A stretch of DNA of 64,000 nt from the human T2T-CHM13v2.0 reference genome, Homo sapiens: assembly GCF_009914755.1 (NCBI RefSeq), contig NC_060929.1. One strand, written 5' to 3'. The stretch's first letter is position 1, and each line of letters begins with the position of its first letter. Below are positions 24,306 to 39,309 of this stretch, piece after piece. The notes under the pieces were generated by a model. The model was not told the origin of the DNA. It saw nothing but the letters and a program-made list of their open reading frames with translations, and did no database searches. Made by a program: the position numbers and the translations under genes.

Positions 24306-25184
24306 TGGCTCTGTGTGTGTGTGTGTGTGTGTGTGCACGTGTGCATGTGAGAGGCTGAAGTTAGACCCTGTAATTTATACATCCAAGGGAAAAGAAGAAA
24401 AATATTTTAACTGCCTTTCCTGGGCATGCCTTGTTTGGGGCATGCTACATCTATTATTCCATTTTATAGTATCATCACTCACGTTCATGAAGAATATTAT
24501 TAGGAAAACTATCCAATTCGAATTTGTAGTTCACTACTTTTTTCTCTATCTAATTCTATGTTTGCCAATCAGGTTTTGCCAATCAAATTCCAATATCTTG
24601 ATTCTGTTCTTTTCCATAATAGCCTGTTCTTGGTTTAGGGATGTGATAGCCTCTCTGATCTCTTGTAGGATGTCAATTACATATAGATTTTGAAGTCCCC
24701 ATCTGCTCTAGAGACTTTGTTTCTACAGATGATAATACTCCTGACTTTAGAATTGGGAACCTTGCCTTTAAGGTTTTGGCTTTGCTAAAATGTTTGTTAT
24801 TTTTTGGCTATGTTCTTGCCTTTGTTCTTGAGTGTTTCTATTTCTGTATGGACATATCTTGTCTTTACTGGCTGTAAGGAAGGTTAAGGATTTGTGGGAG
24901 GGTAGACTGTGTAAGTAGCTCATTTTCTGAGCTCACAATATTCTGGTTTTGTCTGGGTATCACCTGTCAATAGGATGCAACGTCGTGTTTCCAACCCAAG
25001 CATCAACAGGCACTGGTGACAAATATTTCTGCTGTCCTGTCTTGCCACAAAGACAATAGGAAGACTCCTTTCCCCAAATCGTTTGCCTGAATCTTGCTTC
25101 TCTTGTTTCTGAAACTGGAGCAGACCTGAAACTGCTTTCAATATTTGCAACAGTTTTAAGCTGTGCTTCTCTGGACTGCTTACC

Positions 25185-25721
25185 CACTTGGTTCTCAAAT
25201 GCCCCAGGTGCCACAGCAAATTCACACGGTACCATGGGATATTTAAGCAATACAAGAGAAACAGTGGTATTCACCATCTGTCAGACACTGCAGGAACTAC
25301 CAGTGAAACAATCAACTCACAGTTTCAACATTAGATCATGCTACATTCCTTTGGATGATACCATATTTTTGTGAAGCTGATATTTTAGAGGTTGCTGTGA
25401 TTAAAAAAAGTATCATGTGAAAGTCAATTTGAAACAAGAAATAAGGATGACAATGTCAACTTCCAAGATTCGAAAAGATGTGTACACATCCTACTAGTAA
25501 ATATTTGTGGTTATTTAAGAATGAATATTTTTCTTTCAATCATATGTATTACCTTTTTAAGTGGCTACGAAGCTTTTAAGACACAAATACTTATTAAGTT
25601 GTTTGTATCTAATTACTTAATAAATGGAACTGTTAGGTATTTCTTTTAGCCCCAAGGCATGATTTAAAAAATTACTAAGACACTAAGGGTGGTATAAACA
25701 AACAGGGTTTGGGAACCTCTG
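25185..25721. mobile_element. hAT-Charlie DNA transposon remnant
   Basis: TIR-like ends 'cacttggttctcaaa' and 'tttgggaacctctg'; subfamily not determined. Confidence 0.55.
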
Positions 25722-26162
25722 GCTTTAACCTTTTTCACTGAGGTTTCCCAACCAACTGCTCTGGTATATGCCCGATAGATATTTGTATTCATAAATGTTG
25801 AAACATGATTCATGATCTGATTTGAAAATTTAGAACTTTTATGAAATCATCTCTCTTTTTCTGCATTGAGATTTTTAATAAAACAGTTCTCCCCTTTAGA
25901 CTTGGGGCAACACTGAAGGTTTCTTTTGGGCAACAAATGGGAGAAAAAATAACCTCTCCATCACTTTTCATTCTGGATTCCCTCAATTTGGCTAGCACTA
26001 TGCCTAAAAAAAGCACGGGAATTTTTCAACCTTATATTTCTGCTTCTGCAGACTAGATAGTTGTGGGAAGGTCAAATGAAATTATGTTTACACAACATAA
26101 AATAATTGATTAAAAATTCTAAATCAAACTGGTTATTGGTCAACATACCCGCACACGGGTAT

Positions 26163-26164
<2 letters not shown>

Positions 26165-26198
<34 letters not shown>
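26165..26198. repeat. (AC)17 microsatellite
   Basis: Read directly from the sequence. Confidence 0.97.
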
Positions 26199-26200
<2 letters not shown>

Positions 26201-28104
26201 GCACACACAGCATTGTCCGGCATGTCTGCACACATAAACACAGCCTGACCCACCCACAGGTACAAGAAGACCCAAGTGCCATGGGGCAGAGTTGCCATCA
26301 CCTATACCATTTGGAAGTTTTCTGGTTTTATGTCAGTGGATAAGATAAAACTTGGGACATATCTTGGTCCCTGCCCTTGGCTATAGCCCCATTTCTCTTT
26401 AGGCTGCTGAAATGCCTGAAATCAGCTCCACTTTTTCTCAGTGAATTGTCCAGTGGTACTAATGATGCATTGTTTTATAGGAACCTATTAGTTTAGTTTA
26501 CCAGATGAATTTTAACAGAGAGAACCCTGAGCACAGAGGCAATGGAATAGGTAAATTTTAAGGGGTGAGCAGGATGACAGAAAAGTTTTGTGATTATTTT
26601 CACGTGAGGAGATTAATGAAAGAGCCATGATCTGTGAAGCCTGTACCTCCCAAGTACAAGAGTAGCACCCAGGCATCCTAAAAGTAGATTTATGAAAAAT
26701 AGAAGTGATGCGTAAACCTTAGCTACGTCAAGAGCTGGCCTGGTGTGAATTCTGTGTCTCTTTGGGTTTATCCTTCAACTCCTACATTCCTAACCATCCA
26801 ACTAACTAGGCAAGTAGAATCTGATCCTTCATAAGAACCCTACATCCCAAAGGGCCATGAGATGAAAGCCCTCTCTAGTACCTTCAGAACTCTCAATAGA
26901 ATTACTCCAAACCTTTTATATTGACAATCCAAATCAAGTTCCAGAAATTTTGCAAAGAAGAGAAGAGTAAAACCCCATTACAGAAATTGGCATCTCTAAG
27001 TTGGAATTTGCATTAATTCAAACGGGATCCTCTCTGAGTTGACCCATTATTAGCAAACAATACAAGTTAGAGTAATAGTCTACATAGTTTCAGTGAGAAG
27101 AAATGTGGAAAACTTAAAAAAACAAAATGCTTGAGAATATCCTGGAGTTCTTCTTCAGTCTGCATTTTGTTGATCTAATCAAAGTTTGTATGCTAAGTCA
27201 AACAATAATTTAAAAAAATGTATAATGTGATTACAATTTCCACTATTTCCGCTCCTTCTTGGAAGGCAGATTGTTGCCCTATTGCTCTGAAACTAGTGGG
27301 GGATCTTGATTGATAAGAAAAATTCTCAATTTGTTAGCATAGTTTGGTCCACAAGTACTTTAGAGATGGAAAACTTGAATATATTTACATAAGGGACACT
27401 TACACGTAAGTTTCCTAGTTTGGCTTATATGATTGGTCATGCACTTTCGAACTAAAAATATAAATCAGTGAATAAGTTCAAAATTTTCCAGGTCATGCTA
27501 GCTGAAGTGTTCCCAAACTGAGATAGTAATCTTGATGATAAGCCCAGTTTGGCAAGCTCAGTTCCATATGTTCCATTTCTTTTTTAAATATTTGATTTCT
27601 TAGAACTTGGGGATGAGAAATCTCTCACTTAAAATGTAGTTATTAGACAAATGACAGACTACTTTGTAAAGAAATCCCATTGTTGCTATGCTTCATAGCT
27701 GTCAGCAGGTTGAAGTATGCTGGGGTGAGGTCCTTGCTGTGTTTGAGCTTGTGATTCACTATTTAGCAAATAGAATCATGTCCCTATCATTGCAGCATTG
27801 CAGAAAAATAACTGCTGAGAACAGGGAAGAAAAGTCCTGGTTTTCTTATTCTGAGGTAATTTTCGTTTCTAGAAATATGGATCTGAATAAGAAAAGTAAG
27901 TGAGTCAGTTGCAAATGAAAGATGATTGAAGTACTACTCTCGTTTTACAAAACAGACACATTTTGGTTCATCTTTCTCTTCATTCTGTTGCACATCTGTT
28001 TTCTTTGTCACATGCATACCTTCTTAGTCTCCCCAAGTGACAATTCTTTCTCACTACCAGTGATATTCTTATTTGGCCAACGTACAATGGCACGTTCCAT
28101 TGGT

Positions 28105-28215
28105 AAATGTTATTTTGGAGATGAGGAAACTGAGACCAAAGTAGGAAAGTCTATTATTCATGGTCACACCTAGTTGGTTGGAAACACAGCAGGAATGAGA
28201 ACCCACTTCTGGCTC
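28105..28215 (-). mobile_element. MIR
   Basis: 'agatgaggaaactgagacc...tggtcacacctagttgg'. Confidence 0.65.
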
Positions 28216-30349
28216 CTAATCAAGTTCTCTCTACTGACTTCAAAGCTGAGTTCCTCCTGATGTGATTTCAAAATACCTAACTATTGCTTAAGCTTCAGTT
28301 TCAGGTTTTGATATAATTTGACCCTTAAAAGGCAAGTTAGATTGGGTTGATTCATAAACAAACAGCATAAAGAAAGTGATAAATGTATTTCAGAGATAAA
28401 TATGTTTAATTAGAAAACAAGCATGAGTCCCTATGATAGGAACCTCACTACTTCCAAAGGAAGGTAAAGCATAAGTGTAATTTCTCATGCTCTATTGTTT
28501 GGGAAATGAATTGTGTATAAATTGTTCCTAAAATAGCATGACAATTTATTAACATACTTTCAGTGACTTCCAGGAGAGTGTTCTAAGATACAAAGGCCAC
28601 GTCTGTATGTAATCATAGAATTTATCATTTTAATGTAGTTTTTTGGTAGGACATCTTATCAGGCCAGTTTGGAATGACAGTGGTATAATAAACTATCTTT
28701 TTTTTTTTAATCTGTTGTTTTGCTCTACAGAAACAAGCAAAAGTGAAAGGAAAAAACATCACTTAATTGACTCAGTACAAGTGTGCTTTAAATAGTCTCT
28801 CCAGAACTGGTTCACCTTTTTTGTTGTTGTTTTGTTGTGTTTTTCAAATCCTTTCCCTCTCTGTCTCTTTTTCCTTTCAATAAATGTAAAACATGATGTA
28901 GAATGTACAATTTTAATGAGGTTTCCATTTATATCAACTCATTCCTACCCATTCATTATTTATTTGGCAATTAAGGGAATCTGTACTGCTATTCAGTTTA
29001 TTTTGTCAACAAGCATTTGCTACAAAGCTACTAATTTTCCTGGGTTCAAAAGAAGTGGAAATCCTGGCATATTCCCAGCAGCCATAACATTTAAGAACTC
29101 AAAATGCTTAGTAAATAATATTCTAAGTTATTTACATTTTTCTGTGTGTGTGTGGGAGGGTATGGTTTTTTAGAAATGCAATCTCAAGGTGGCAGAAGCA
29201 TAGGAGATGCATATAATATACCATCATTATAGAACAAATTTAACATTGACATTTTGATGCAACATCATTGTATTTAAATATCCAGTGACTAGTTCTACTA
29301 AGTCAAGCTCCAGTCTTCATTTAGGTATTAGAGTAAAGAATAAGCTTTTTCACTCTGCTCTTCATAAAAGCGTTTTTCAGTTATGAGTGCATCTATAAAA
29401 GCCTAAAATATAAGATCTGATTCATTTTCAAAACTGTAAAACTTTGTTCATACAGATTAATTTCATGTATATATGTCTAATATCTCTAAAGTTTTAATAA
29501 ACTAAACTCTGTATCTTTTATTCCTCTAAGATAATTCAGTGTATTATATTCTGAATGACACAACCAAAGAACATTTGATAAAACAAGTTTTATGTGTTAT
29601 TTATGAGGAAGACACTTAAGGATTTAAATAAGACTTTAAAATATTTACATTTTTACTTCTGACTTTTTGTTTCACACTTTAAGAAAATTGGACTTTTCTC
29701 TTATATTTGATGTAGGTTTCAAACTTTAGATTTATATTTCAACACCTCACAACAAATTTTGTAAATATTCGGTGGGGGCTTGGCCTGAAATATAAACACT
29801 TCTTGCTATTGAAGCACTGAAGAAAAGCAGAACCCCTCATTTATTATGAGACATCCAGAAGACTAAAGAGATTTTGAACTTTTTTTTTCTTTTTTCTGGA
29901 ACATCTTCTTCAACAAGAAAAATGAAATGTCATCATGCTAAGGTGAATCATAATAAATGTTATGTCTTGTCTGACACTGAAAATAAATCCAAGTAAGTTA
30001 GGAGAAATATTGGTGGCTTTTTCCCCCATAGAGGTTTAGATCAGCTTTATAAATTAAACAGTATGCGTCGACAGCTCAGGGCAGTAAGTAAACTATTCAG
30101 TAGATAATCTCCATAGAAACAAAAAAAGTTTAAGCATCTCAATCTAAAATAGCACTTCTGGAATCAGCAGTTGAATATAACAGGAGCAAATCCTTCCTTT
30201 CTTCAAACTAGCAACAAAATTACCTTTTGTTTAAAAAAGTTCAATATAAAATAACTTAGAAGAATCACATAGGTATTAATGGTTGTGGTGGTAATCTCAA
30301 TATAAATTTTTCCTCTGAAACTGTCTGATAATCTTTGCTGACTTTCAGA

Positions 30350-30512
30350 GAGTACTGCTTGTTTACCAGACATTTTTCTAAGCATTTTATGTATATCAGC
30401 TCAGTCAGTCCTACACCAATGAAAGGAGATTCTTTCTATTATCCCCATTTGACAGATGAGGAAACTGAAGCACAGAGAGTCAATGACCCTATGTAATTGG
30501 TGAAGCCTGGGC
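30350..30512 (-). mobile_element. MIR
   Basis: 'tattatccccatttgacagatgaggaaactgaagcacagagag'. Confidence 0.8.
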
Positions 30513-30722
30513 TCTGTGGTCTGCCATATTCACGATGTAAACCACGGGGCTTCCCCACGGCACAAACCTGCATGAACATTTGTGTCGGTTTTTTGTGGAC
30601 AAGGAGACAATATTATTTTGAATGATAAAACCTTAACTCAGTTTTAATCCTCCATAAATCTCTGGTGGCATAATTTAACAGATATTAAAATGTATATTCT
30701 CCAACATTTACCTGCATTTGAG

Positions 30723-31190
30723 CAGGGGTCCCCAACCCCTGGCTATGGCCTGTTAGGAACTGGGCTGCACAGCAGGAGGTGAGCAGTGGGTGAGCGAGCA
30801 TTACCGCCTGAACTCCGCCACCTGTTAGATCAGTGGAAACATTAGATTCTCACAGAAGCGCAAACCCTATTGTGAACTGCACATGTGAGGGATCTAGGTT
30901 GCACACTCCCTATGAAAATCTAATGCCTGATGATCTGTCACTATCTCCCATCACCCCCATCTGGGACAATATAGTTGCAGGAAAACAAGCTCAGGGCTCC
31001 CACTGATTCTACATTATGGTGAGTTGTATAATTATTTCATTATATATTACAATGCAATAACAATAGAAATAAAGTGCACAATAAATGTAATGCATCTGAG
31101 TCATCCCCAAACCATGCCCTCTCCTTGGTCTGTAGAAAAATAGTCTTCCATGAAACTAGTCCCTGGTATCAAAAAGTCTGGGGACTGCTG
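30723..31190 (+). mobile_element. MER1A (hAT-Charlie non-autonomous transposon)
   Basis: TIRs 'caggggtccccaacc' and 'tggggactgctg'; characteristic 'ggcctgttaggaactgggctgcacagcaggaggtgagc'. Confidence 0.92.
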
Positions 31191-31327
31191 CTCTAAAGTT
31201 GGCAACTGCCTGATATGCACATTATCTCCCCCTCCTTTGGTGATAAAGGACTGTAGAATATAGCAGGAAATCCTGTAAATTGTGAATGGCAACAAGCATA
31301 GATTAGTTTCTGTGTTTGTTTAGCTAG

Positions 31328-31714
31328 TGTAGAGTACTTGGTTTCCCTCCCAAAATTCAAGCCCACCTGGAACCTGTGAATGTAAGTTATTTGGAAATAG
31401 GGTCTTTGCAGACGTACTTTAAGATGAGGTCATGCTGGAGTAGGGTGGGCCTTAAATCCAATGTGACTGGTGTCCTTATAAGTAGAGGAAAATTTAGACG
31501 CAAAGACACTTGCACACAGAGGAGAAGGCCATGTAAAGAGAAGGCAGAGATTGGAGTGATGCAACTATAAGACAAGAAACACCAAGACTGTCAGCAACTA
31601 TTGGACATCTTGATTTTAGACTTCTAGCCTCTGGAAATGTGAGAGAATACATTAATATTGCTTAGGCCATTCAATCTGCTACACTTCATTATGGCAGCCC
31701 TAGAAACTAAGACA
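31328..31714 (+). mobile_element. MaLR LTR (MLT1B/C-like)
   Basis: 'ttatttggaaatagggtctttgcaga...taagatgaggtcat...ggcagccctagaaactaagaca'. Confidence 0.88.
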
Positions 31715-32477
31715 ACTAGTAATTAGCATCCATTGCCACCAGAAGAGTACAAAAACCTAAGGAACAAGTACAGTAGGCAGATTTGAGTGGTACTGCCTGG
31801 GATTGCTAAAATGTCTCAAATTGAACTATGAGTCTGAAGAGCACTGGCACTTAGAAGAACCCAAATTAAAAATGTAGGAAAGGTTTTAGAAGAGTAAATC
31901 CTCAAGGGAGAACTAAAGAGGCACTAGCTCGAAGCATTTTCAGCCTCACAATCCTAACTAGGGCATGTCTTACCAAAAAATAGAAGTTTGCAGAGAATTA
32001 GTGAGCTTCACTTTACCCCTCCCCTCCCCTTGTGTAGAAGCGTTCTTCAAAGGTGCACTATTATGCTGACACAGTTTACTAAATTAATCAGAGACAGTGA
32101 CAATGTCTTTTTCATCTCTGTACTGATACTACAAAGTGCATACTACCAGACCAGGGCTGGGACCAAATCTACACACGAAAATCCCTTCCTCTCTGCTTCT
32201 GTTGCCTCTGACATGTGTTTCTCATTGGATAAAGCTTAATCTGCATTTGGAGAGAGGCTCATTCAGATGTTTCTTTAAAAATCAGCCTAAGTACTGTCCA
32301 AGGTTTGACCATCAGATACTATGCTACTGAATTCTAGGAGCTCTCGCTGCAGTTTCACCTTTTCCAGGTGGGCCAACATGTTGCTGTAAGGTTTGTAATA
32401 TTTTCGCTCTTCTTCTTTCCTTCTCCCTTCACTTGCCATAGGTATCACTTTTTTGTCCAGAATAGGTATTCAATATT

Positions 32478-32625
32478 TATTTATTAAGTAGTTAATTATC
32501 ATAAAAATATGCCAGGCATAATTTTTAATCTTAGCAATACTGCAATGAACAAGATGGCCTCTGCTCTTAAGGCACTACTGCCTGGTAAGGCAGACTGACA
32601 CATAAAAAGGCAATTATAATTCAGT
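32478..32625 (-). mobile_element. L2 fragment
   Basis: 'tatgccaggcat...caatgaacaagatggcctctgctctt'. Confidence 0.5.
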
Positions 32626-35600
32626 GGAATAGTGTTCGAATGGAAGAGAATAGTGGTAGGAGAAACTTTCCTCTTGGAGGAGCTGGGTTTTAAATAGAAG
32701 TGAGCCCTTTTTGTCCATTTCTCTCTCGAATTGAGATAGAAAAGCATGTGAAAGACAACTTAGAAGGAAATACAAATGGTTATTAAGCACACTGTCTTAT
32801 TTCTTCCAAATATACTATAATTTCCGTAACTATGAGCTCATAATGATAAAATTTTAGTCCTTATAGCTGGTCATAGAAGATGAAATTTTTAAAGAAATGG
32901 ATCTTTTTTAAGTTTTCTTAAATAGCTTGAAATCAGTAACCACTGACTTTGCTTTTTGTGTAGTCAATCTTTAGTCTGAAACCCATTATTTCCTTCTTTG
33001 AATTTGGTGAGAAGTCATTTTGGTGGAACCTTAGCAAACCCTTATAAAGTATCACTCTATGCTGAATTTAGTCTATGGAAAGACATCAATCAACAAGACA
33101 GAGAAGTTCCCTGCCCTCTCAGCAGCTTGCTGTCCTAGGAAAAGAAAGAATTGTCTTTCTCAGAGAATTACTTGCATCCTCATTTGAATTGTGCCCAAAA
33201 TTTGCTAGAGGAGATATAACCACAGCTATGAGATGGTTTAAGGTTATTCCACCACAAAGGCAACAATGGTTGGAAATGGAAGTTTTCTGGTTGTTTTTGT
33301 TTACTTGAAGTCAGCAAGCACTTGGCTTGATATAACCTCTACCCTGATCGCCAATAGAATTTAAACCAAGTGGTGGACTTGGCCCAGTCTGTAAATATTT
33401 CAATCTCTGTAGATGCAAAAGAAAGAAAAAAGAAAAAAAATCCCAATTAAAAGCTCAAAAGTATTTAGTTACCTTCTTTTGAGACTTTAACTTTAATCCT
33501 GTTTATTACTCTTAAACTATTCCAGAGCACAGTATTTTTTATTGGTGACAGATTGCCCAAACCATTGCCAGTGACCTAATCTCCCTCAGCAGACATGACT
33601 GCATACTGCGGAAAGGTGTTCTCTTGAATGAGAAAAAGGTGAGTGTCTCTCTTATGGCAAGTGTACCACTCTTTGTTACCCCAAATATGTATTACGGGTT
33701 CATGCAGATCTATTATGTGTCTCATCAATTTTCACTTAAAATCTTGGCATTGGATGTGGCTCGATATGCAGTCATATGGCTTAATTCTCTGAATCAGTTC
33801 CTCCTTATGTTTTGTTGGTGGAAATTTGGTATTTGGTGTCCTAAGTTATTTACGACATGTGATTTGTGGTTCTAAGAAGAAGTCTAAATCTAGATCCCTA
33901 GCTTCAAAAGCAAGTGTCAGAAAAAAAAGGCCCTATTTTTAACTTCCCTAATCACCTCACTGACCTTTGTACCTCAGTTTTCATGTGTATTAAACAGTAC
34001 TATTCATAGCTTTGCTTATGTATGGAGTTCAGATGAGCGCCTGCTCATATAAGATAAGGGTTAATTATTGCTGTCAAAGATAGTGGCAGGATCCACTGGC
34101 TTAATAATCACATTTTATTATCTCTTTCTTTCCCAGCACTTCATGAGGTAGTGTTCATTGATTTAAATTACTTGAGTCAGAATAAAATTAGTTTAATGTG
34201 TCGCATCAGTAAAGAAGCAGGTAATGACAGATTTGAATGAAAAATAATATTAAAGAGTCTATGGGATCTTTCCTGCCTTATCTCCTTGTATATAATATAT
34301 GTAATCATGTATATGTGTATAAATATATAATCTCTTAATTATTAACATTTCAAAAGATTATTTGGCACTTGCTCTCAATGAGTCCTTGCAGGAACCTGGC
34401 ACAACAATGTATATAGAGATAACAGGTGATTGACAAAGAATTTTTGAGGAAAAAAATATGTGCAGTTCATGCATATAAACCTCAATCATGTGTCCTCTTA
34501 CTCCTTTACTAGCTATAGATTGTAAGATGAAGAAAAATGGGGAAAAAAAGAAAGATAGAAATCTTCTGTATCTACCATTCTAATTTTCAATCCCAAAGAT
34601 TAAAAGGCTTCAATGTTAAGATTGGTAGGGAAATAACTGACTTTAAATTATGTATACATAAATAACATCATAGGGGCTAGAGAGCTTTTATAGGCAGGCA
34701 TGGTCTACAATACTATGAAACTGAAGTGGCAATGCTTACTGACCAAAGAATATATGAAGGTGAATTCATTCCTTTATAAGCAAAAGGCTAGTAATTTATG
34801 ATTCTTATACAACCTAGATCAGACTCAATAGTATGTTTGCAAAAGGTTACATTTTGCATGTATGAAATAATTGCGTGGACAGTAAGAATTTTACTTCCAT
34901 CTGTGCATGCTTTGCTGATATATGAGCTTTGGTAGAAGTTCAACTACAAGAGGTTGGTGGGGTTAAATAAATTTCAGGTAACATCCAAAGCATGGTTAGT
35001 TAGAACTCCCCCCCAACAACCTCTTTCCACATACACACCCACTATCTTCTCTCTTATACAAACATTATATATTTGATATTGTCACAATCATAGGTTAAGA
35101 AAAAATCTTTGCTACCTTTTAGGAAAAATTCAAAAACATTCGAACACATATATACAAATAACAATTCGTATATTTTTGGACCTACGTATTTAAGGATCTA
35201 CTAATATTATTGACTTTTAGATTTTTAAGATATGTATCATAATCTACTCAAAGATTTTTAATTTTTCAATAACAAAAGATAACAAATATACTTTCCAAAA
35301 TTGAAATATTCCAGCAGTATAAAAGAAAATATAATCAAACCTGGGCTTTCACACTAATTATCTAAACTGAGAATTTATTTACTTTACTTTGAGAACAGAT
35401 GTGATCCATCACGGTAGTCCATAAATACGGTGTCAGAATGTTAGGCTGATCAATGAATATAAATTATTAAAAAATAGTGTAACTCTAAGGTCACCAAGGA
35501 ATTGAACTTAGTGTTATTTAAAAGGAAGACTTTCCATTCTTAAAAATATATGGGCATACTTAAGAATGAGTGGTTCTATTCTAAACAGAATTTCTAGGCT

Positions 35601-35705
35601 TCAAAGACAGATTTGTGTTTGCTCATAAGAATAAATGATAATTCTCAGAGTCTCTTTCAGCACCTTCATTAGGGACAATTCTTTTAGAATTCTTACATAA
35701 TTTTC

Positions 35706-36237
35706 TGTGGTAATTAAAATATGTCCACATCTGCAAATCCTTTGTTGCTCTTTCCTTTAAAGGTATAGAATGATTTCCCTCTCCTTGAATGTGGGCTATT
35801 TATTACATTCAGTCACTCAGCTTTTAATGAATTGAATATGGGGGACGTGATTGTGTGTGACTTCCAGGGCTAGTCCTGAAAGATATCGTCACTTCTGCCT
35901 TGCTCTCTCTTGGACTATTTGATCTGAGGGAACCCCAGCTGCCATGTTGTGAGGACACTCAAGCATTCTGTGAAGAGGTCAACACTGAGGGAAACTAAGG
36001 TCTCCTTGACAAATAGTACAACTCACCAGACATGTAGGTCAGTGTGTCCTTCAGCCCCAGTCAACCTTTGGATGAGACTGTAGCCTTGGGGGATGTGTTA
36101 ATTGTAACCTCATGAAAGAGCTAGTTAAGCTGCTCCTGAATTCCTGACCCACAGAAACTGGGTAAGAAGTGTTTACTATGGTTTGAAATTTCCAAGTTTT
36201 GGAGGAATTTGTGAATGCAGCAATAGATAACTAAAAA
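35706..36237 (+). mobile_element. MaLR LTR (MLT1F/G-like)
   Basis: 'cagctgccatgttgtgaggacactcaag...ttcctgacccacagaaactg...gcagcaatagataactaa'. Confidence 0.82.
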
Positions 36238-36331
36238 ATAAAAACTCATTTATTTATTTATCTGTGCCCATGCAAGGCTGGTGAAGTGGAGGACATTTTT
36301 CACCTTTACCAACAGTAGCCTGTGGGCATTA

Positions 36332-36796
<465 letters not shown>

Positions 36797-38702
36797 TCAT
36801 GCTTCTAGTAATGAGACTGCTATCAGTCAGGGCCTATATACTTTTCAAAAGCCTACAAAAATACTTAAACATTTAAAACAAACAAAGATTCCAAAAATTA
36901 TGAACAAATGAAATGCAGTTAGAAAATAAAAATTTTACATCATGCTAAACTTGAACAAATAAAAAGAAATTACAAAATAGACATTAGTAGTTAATATAAG
37001 TTTACAGAATATCACTAACTAACTTCGGCTTAAATAAGCTCTTCTGATTATATAAAAATTATACTTAATGTAGGATGTGTCTGCAAAGTAAGAGTTCTTG
37101 GGGCCTGCAAAGGTCCTGAGTGCCTCTGAATTTAGTGTGTCTGTATAGAATAAATTCTATATTTATCTATATTTCTACTTGTGGATGCCCCTGGAACAAA
37201 AAAGGAATTACATATTCTTCATACAAATTGAGACTATTTACTCTTTTCTCTTGCTAGCTGATGACAGGCATACCCTTTCAGGAAGTGAGACCCGGAATTT
37301 TATGAATGGCAATTATTTAAATGGTGTATCTAAATAAGTACAAGAGAAGTGTTGAAGGGAAAAATGGAATTCTAATAAGGCTTAGTAGTCCTTCTTTCTT
37401 TACCTCTCCCTCTTTCCTTTTCTTCCTCACTCCCTTCCTTCCTCTTTTCTTTTTCTCTTTTAGGTCATTAGAGCAAGCATTTTCTGAAGGATTTTGGATG
37501 ACACATTGCAAGATAAAGTAAAAAAAGCTTGGTAGAAAAGTTTAAGCATGGGCAGAAAGTTGGAAGTATGAGCAGTCATATTTTATTCATTTCATGGCCT
37601 GAGGTGAATTTCTTACTTTTGATAATTTTTCTCATCTACATAGTGAAATAATAATAGCTCAGATTTTTATAGAGTATGCGAATACATTTTTGTAAGTCCC
37701 TTTGAAAATAGAAGTGTCACATAAATGCAAAGTATCTTGATAAGAATACCACTGAAGGAAATAATATCTCTGAGCCAACAGGGCCTCCCACAAAGGAATT
37801 GGATGCCATGTAAGTTTCAGCTTGGACAATAGAGTCCTGTAGTGCTTAGTTTTCTTTATATTCTGATCATAGAAATGTGTCCAATTTTACACACTTTCTT
37901 CTTTCTGCTCTTCCACTACTGAAATGGAAATTTGATGAAAGATTTGATAAGTGGAAGAACAACAGTGGCCACATTTGGCTTTGGGGGAATGTAAAACAAA
38001 AAAAAATAAACCTTATTCATCCAAGTAGATTCTGGGGACACCAAAAATATTTGTGTGCCTACTTGAGCAGAAATCATATTGCTGTTCAAAGAGAAGGGGT
38101 GTGCTCCCAAGATTCTCTGTGAGGAATTTGCTGGTGGCTGTTTTCTGAGGAGGAGTGACAGTTTCACTTTAGGCTGTTCACTAAATTCCAGTCTTCTTAA
38201 GAGGTGTGCAAGTTCATGTTTTAGTCTTTGGTTTATAAAAATTTTCAGATAAATGGGCAGCTCTAAGGCCATCTATAAGGCCAAGAATTATAAGATTATC
38301 TGTTAGAACTAGATTTCTCAGGTACCTTTTCTGTTCCAAATTTTTTCTTTCCTAGCAATCCATGTAATTAAGAGTAAAATCTGATACTATGTTCATTTGA
38401 AGAAATCTGAATCATTGATATTTCTTTCAATTCTAGGACAAAACAAATGTGGAAAAGATATTTTGAGGCATATAACACCGGTATTCTTTTCTCATTAGAT
38501 ATAATTACAGTAGATGTGATTTATATAAATATAATTCAATAAGTAAATGAGTGAGCTATAGGAAAAATTAGTTTTGGTCTAATTTTAGTTTTCAAGACCA
38601 CTTTTCTGTCCTAGCTATGAGTTAGTTATGAACTTGATTATATGGGATTTTAGGTAAAAGAGTTGCATTTTGTGGTGAAATGAGGTGAAAGGGTAATCAA
38701 TA

Positions 38703-39309
38703 TGCCATAGGCAGAACTCTACTACAGTCCCCAAGATTCCTGGCCCCTGGTGCATACACATACACACACACCTTTTCTCAGTTATTCCAACACCAATCTA
38801 TGTACTACTATGAGGGGATTTGCAGATATAATCTAGGTCCCAAATAAGTTTACCTTAAGATAAGGGGATTACCCAGGTGGGCCTGACCTAATCACATGAT
38901 CTCTTTAAATCTGGATTTAGAGTTCAAAGATTAGAGACGTCAGAGATTTGAAGCATGAAACCAAAGCATTTCTGGCTTGACGATGGGGGTGGCCACATGG
39001 CAAGGACTGCATCTAGGTGTCCAGAATAGCCCCTGCTTGGCAGCCATCAAAGAAACAGGGATCTCAGTCCTACAATTGCAACGAACTTAATTCTGTCAAC
39101 CACAAAAATGAGCATGGATATGTACGTTTTGCTGAAGCCATCAGATGAGAACAGCCGGGCTGACCAAGACCTTATCTTCAGCCCTTGCAGTACCCTGAGC
39201 AGAGAACTCAGTCACTTCTGTCCTACAAAACTATGAGCTAATAAATGGATGTTGCTGTAAGCTGCTAAGTTTGTAGGATCTTCTTACACAGAAACAGAAA
39301 ACTAATACG
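38703..39309 (+). mobile_element. MaLR LTR (MLT1E-like)
   Basis: 'ccccaagattcctggcccctgg...gggcctgacctaatcacatga...taagctgctaagtttg...gaaaactaatac'. Confidence 0.82.
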